Of a DNA stretch of 64,000 nt, positions 62,056 through 64,000 are shown one piece after another; position 1 is the first letter of the stretch; every line of letters begins with the position of its first letter. The notes beneath the pieces are model-generated. The model worked only from the letters and a program-made list of their open reading frames with translations, had not been told where the DNA came from and made no database searches. The DNA comes from Lachnospiraceae bacterium. GTDB taxonomy: Bacteria; Bacillota; Clostridia; Lachnospirales; Lachnospiraceae. The DNA lies in the NCBI GenBank assembly GCA_024685005.1, contig JAIKWF010000048.1, positions 5,470 through 69,469 of the forward strand, given 5' to 3'. A program made the position numbers and the translations under genes.

Positions 62056-63870
62056 ATGACAGGAACAGATCAGAGCAATATCAGAAATTTTTGTATCATA
62101 GCCCATATCGACCATGGAAAATCCACGCTGGCCGACAGGATCATTGAAAAGACCGGTCTTTTAACAGAGCGCGAAATGCAGGCACAGGTCCTTGACAATA
62201 TGGATCTGGAGCGGGAAAGAGGCATTACCATCAAAGCCCAGACCGTGCGGATCATCTACAAAGCACAGGACGGCAAAGAGTATGTCCTTAACCTCATTGA
62301 CACCCCGGGACATGTGGACTTCAATTATGAGGTGAGCCGTGCGCTGGCGGCCTGCGACGGCGCAATTTTGGTTGTGGATGCGGCCCAGGGAATCGAAGCA
62401 CAGACTTTGGCAAACGTATATCTTGCCCTTGACCATGATCTGGATGTTTTTCCCGTGATCAACAAGATCGATCTGCCCAGTGCAGAGCCCCAGAGGGTAA
62501 AAGACGAAATAGAAGATGTCATCGGACTGGAAGCCCAGGATGCTCCGCTGATCTCCGCAAAGGTCGGAATCGGTATCGAGGAAGTGCTGGAACAGATCGT
62601 AAAGAAAATTCCCGCACCCTCGGGTGATCCTGAAAAGCCGCTGAAAGCTCTGATTTTTGACTCGCTGTACGATTCCTATAAAGGCGTGATCATATTCTGC
62701 CGCATCGTGGACGGTGCAGTGGAAAAAGGAACAAAGATCAAAATGATGGCAACAGGAGCTACGGCGGAAGTAGTGGAAGTGGGATACTTCGGTGCAGGCC
62801 AGTTTATCCCCTGCGACCGGCTGTCCGCAGGCATGGTAGGATATATCACCGCATCCATTAAAAACGTTCGGGATACGGCGGTGGGGGATACCGTAACAGA
62901 TGCGGAAAACCCCTGCGATGAGCCCCTGCCCGGCTATAAGAAAGTCCAGTCCATGGTATACTGCGGTGTATATCCCGCAGACGGTGCCAAATACCCGGAG
63001 CTTCGGGATGCTTTGGAGAAATTGCAGCTGAACGATGCATCCCTGCACTACGAACCGGAAACCTCCATCGCATTGGGATTCGGATTCCGATGCGGATTTT
63101 TGGGACTTTTGCATCTGGACGTGATCCAGGAGAGGCTGGAGAGAGAATACAACCTGGATCTGGTGACCACAGCTCCCGGCGTAGTATATAAGGTGTTTAA
63201 AACCAACGGCGAAGTTATTGAGCTGACCAATCCCAGCAACCTGCCTGATCCCTCCGAGATCGAACATATGGAAGAGCCTATCGTATCGGCTGAGATCATG
63301 GTGACCACCGAGTTTATCGGCCCTATTATGGAGCTTTGCCAGCAAAGAAGAGGAATTTATCATGGCATGGAGTACATGGAGGAGACCAGAGCACTTCTGA
63401 AGTATGACCTGCCGTTAAATGAGATCATCTACGACTTTTTCGATGCCTTAAAGTCCCGTTCCAGAGGGTATGCATCCTTTGACTACGAGCTGAAAGGCTA
63501 TGTACCTTCCGAGCTTGTGAAGCTGGATATTCTGATCAACAAAGAAGAAGTGGATGCACTGTCCTTTATCGTGCACAAAGACGGAGCCTACGAGCGTGGC
63601 AGAAAAATGTGCGAAAAGCTCAAAGACGAGATCCCGAGACACCTGTTCGAGATCCCCATTCAGGCGGCTGTAGGCGGCAAAGTCATTGCCAGAGAAACAG
63701 TCCGTGCCATGCGTAAAGACGTGCTGGCCAAGTGCTACGGCGGTGATATCACCCGTAAGAAAAAGCTTCTGGAAAAACAGAAAGAAGGAAAGAAGCGCAT
63801 GCGGCAGATCGGAAACGTGGAGATCCCGCAAAAAGCCTTTATGAGCGTATTGAAGCTGGATAACCAGTAA
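62056..63870 (+). CDS. lepA: translation elongation factor 4
   Basis: [33 protein letters not shown] and the LepA-specific C-terminal domain. 604 aa. Confidence 0.95.
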   Translation: MTGTDQSNIRNFCIIAHIDHGKSTLADRIIEKTGLLTEREMQAQVLDNMDLERERGITIKAQTVRIIYKAQDGKEYVLNLIDTPGHVDFNYEVSRALAACDGAILVVDAAQGIEAQTLANVYLALDHDLDVFPVINKIDLPSAEPQRVKDEIEDVIGLEAQDAPLISAKVGIGIEEVLEQIVKKIPAPSGDPEKPLKALIFDSLYDSYKGVIIFCRIVDGAVEKGTKIKMMATGATAEVVEVGYFGAGQFIPCDRLSAGMVGYITASIKNVRDTAVGDTVTDAENPCDEPLPGYKKVQSMVYCGVYPADGAKYPELRDALEKLQLNDASLHYEPETSIALGFGFRCGFLGLLHLDVIQERLEREYNLDLVTTAPGVVYKVFKTNGEVIELTNPSNLPDPSEIEHMEEPIVSAEIMVTTEFIGPIMELCQQRRGIYHGMEYMEETRALLKYDLPLNEIIYDFFDALKSRSRGYASFDYELKGYVPSELVKLDILINKEEVDALSFIVHKDGAYERGRKMCEKLKDEIPRHLFEIPIQAAVGGKVIARETVRAMRKDVLAKCYGGDITRKKKLLEKQKEGKKRMRQIGNVEIPQKAFMSVLKLDNQ

Positions 63871-63883
63871 GGAAGATGATGTA

Positions 63884-64000
63884 ATGGAGAGAAAGAACTT
63901 AAGTCTGTATATTCATATACCTTTTTGTGTGAAAAAATGCGACTACTGCGATTTTCTTTCTTTTCCCGCAACAGACGAGATCAGAGCAGCCTATGTGGAG
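63884..64000 (+). CDS. hemW: radical SAM heme chaperone HemW-like protein, 3'-truncated by the window edge
   Basis: MERKNLSLYIHIPFCVKKCDYCDF carries the CX3CX2C motif in the HemW/HemN-like context, directly downstream of lepA as in many Firmicutes. Confidence 0.75.
   Translation, partial: MERKNLSLYIHIPFCVKKCDYCDFLSFPATDEIRAAYVE

Noticed and set aside
33145-63363. Other long antisense ORFs in the track (for example 33145-33785, 37616-38707, 43824-44645, 45961-46853, 55193-56419, 62161-63363)
   Set aside because: Each is fully embedded opposite a gene with clear family motifs (metY/GNAT, response regulator, lipoprotein, iorA, MFS, lepA). They lack RBSs and recognisable motifs.

Overview
This is a 64 kb chromosomal segment. 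Its gene content and signals (AGGAGG-type RBSs, lipoboxes, ECF/BioY S-components, IorAB-PaaK-ACT, DegV, SpoVK/CbxX-type AAA, GH9 lipoprotein) point to an anaerobic Firmicute, probably a Clostridia/Lachnospiraceae-like organism. I call about 60 protein genes. Several start codons are revised against the ORF track, and three sub-60-aa ORFs missing from the track are added. I found no rRNA, tRNA, CRISPR array, transposase or integrase.

The main result is a sulfur-amino-acid island at about 8.9-33.5 kb. It holds a LysR regulator, an mccB/mccA-like pair, a five-gene nitrogenase-like cluster (NifD-like, NifK-like, NifX-like, minimal NifB-like, NifH-like), an AhpD-like CxxC protein, YezD, two metNIQ transporters, an M20 amidohydrolase, an Fe-alcohol dehydrogenase and metY.

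Five transcription units in this island share one promoter design. Each has a 17-bp palindrome TATAGG-N5-CCTATA whose first base lies exactly 39 bp upstream of the -35 hexamer, followed by a 17-nt spacer and a TATGAT-like -10. The palindrome resembles the streptococcal MetR/MtaR Met box. This places the nitrogenase-like enzyme in a methionine/cysteine regulon. I read it as a candidate C-S bond reductase (methylthio-alkane-reductase-like or a new clade), not a nitrogen-fixation system.

The mccB/mccA-like operon also carries a 43-aa leader ORF with 10 Met/Cys codons ahead of a terminator, which suggests attenuation.

Other notable items:
- a response regulator / ABC-2 / membrane-anchored Ere/TIKI-like hydrolase / intramembrane-sensing kinase operon
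- a degenerate MocR regulator (PLP-lysine position is Arg) next to an ECF S-component
- an A/T-rich islet encoding an anthrax-lethal-factor-like (HEFGH) metallopeptidase effector and a lipoprotein
- several unexplained intergenic repeats and orphan promoter/terminator signals

All family assignments come from motif recognition by eye. No database search was run.
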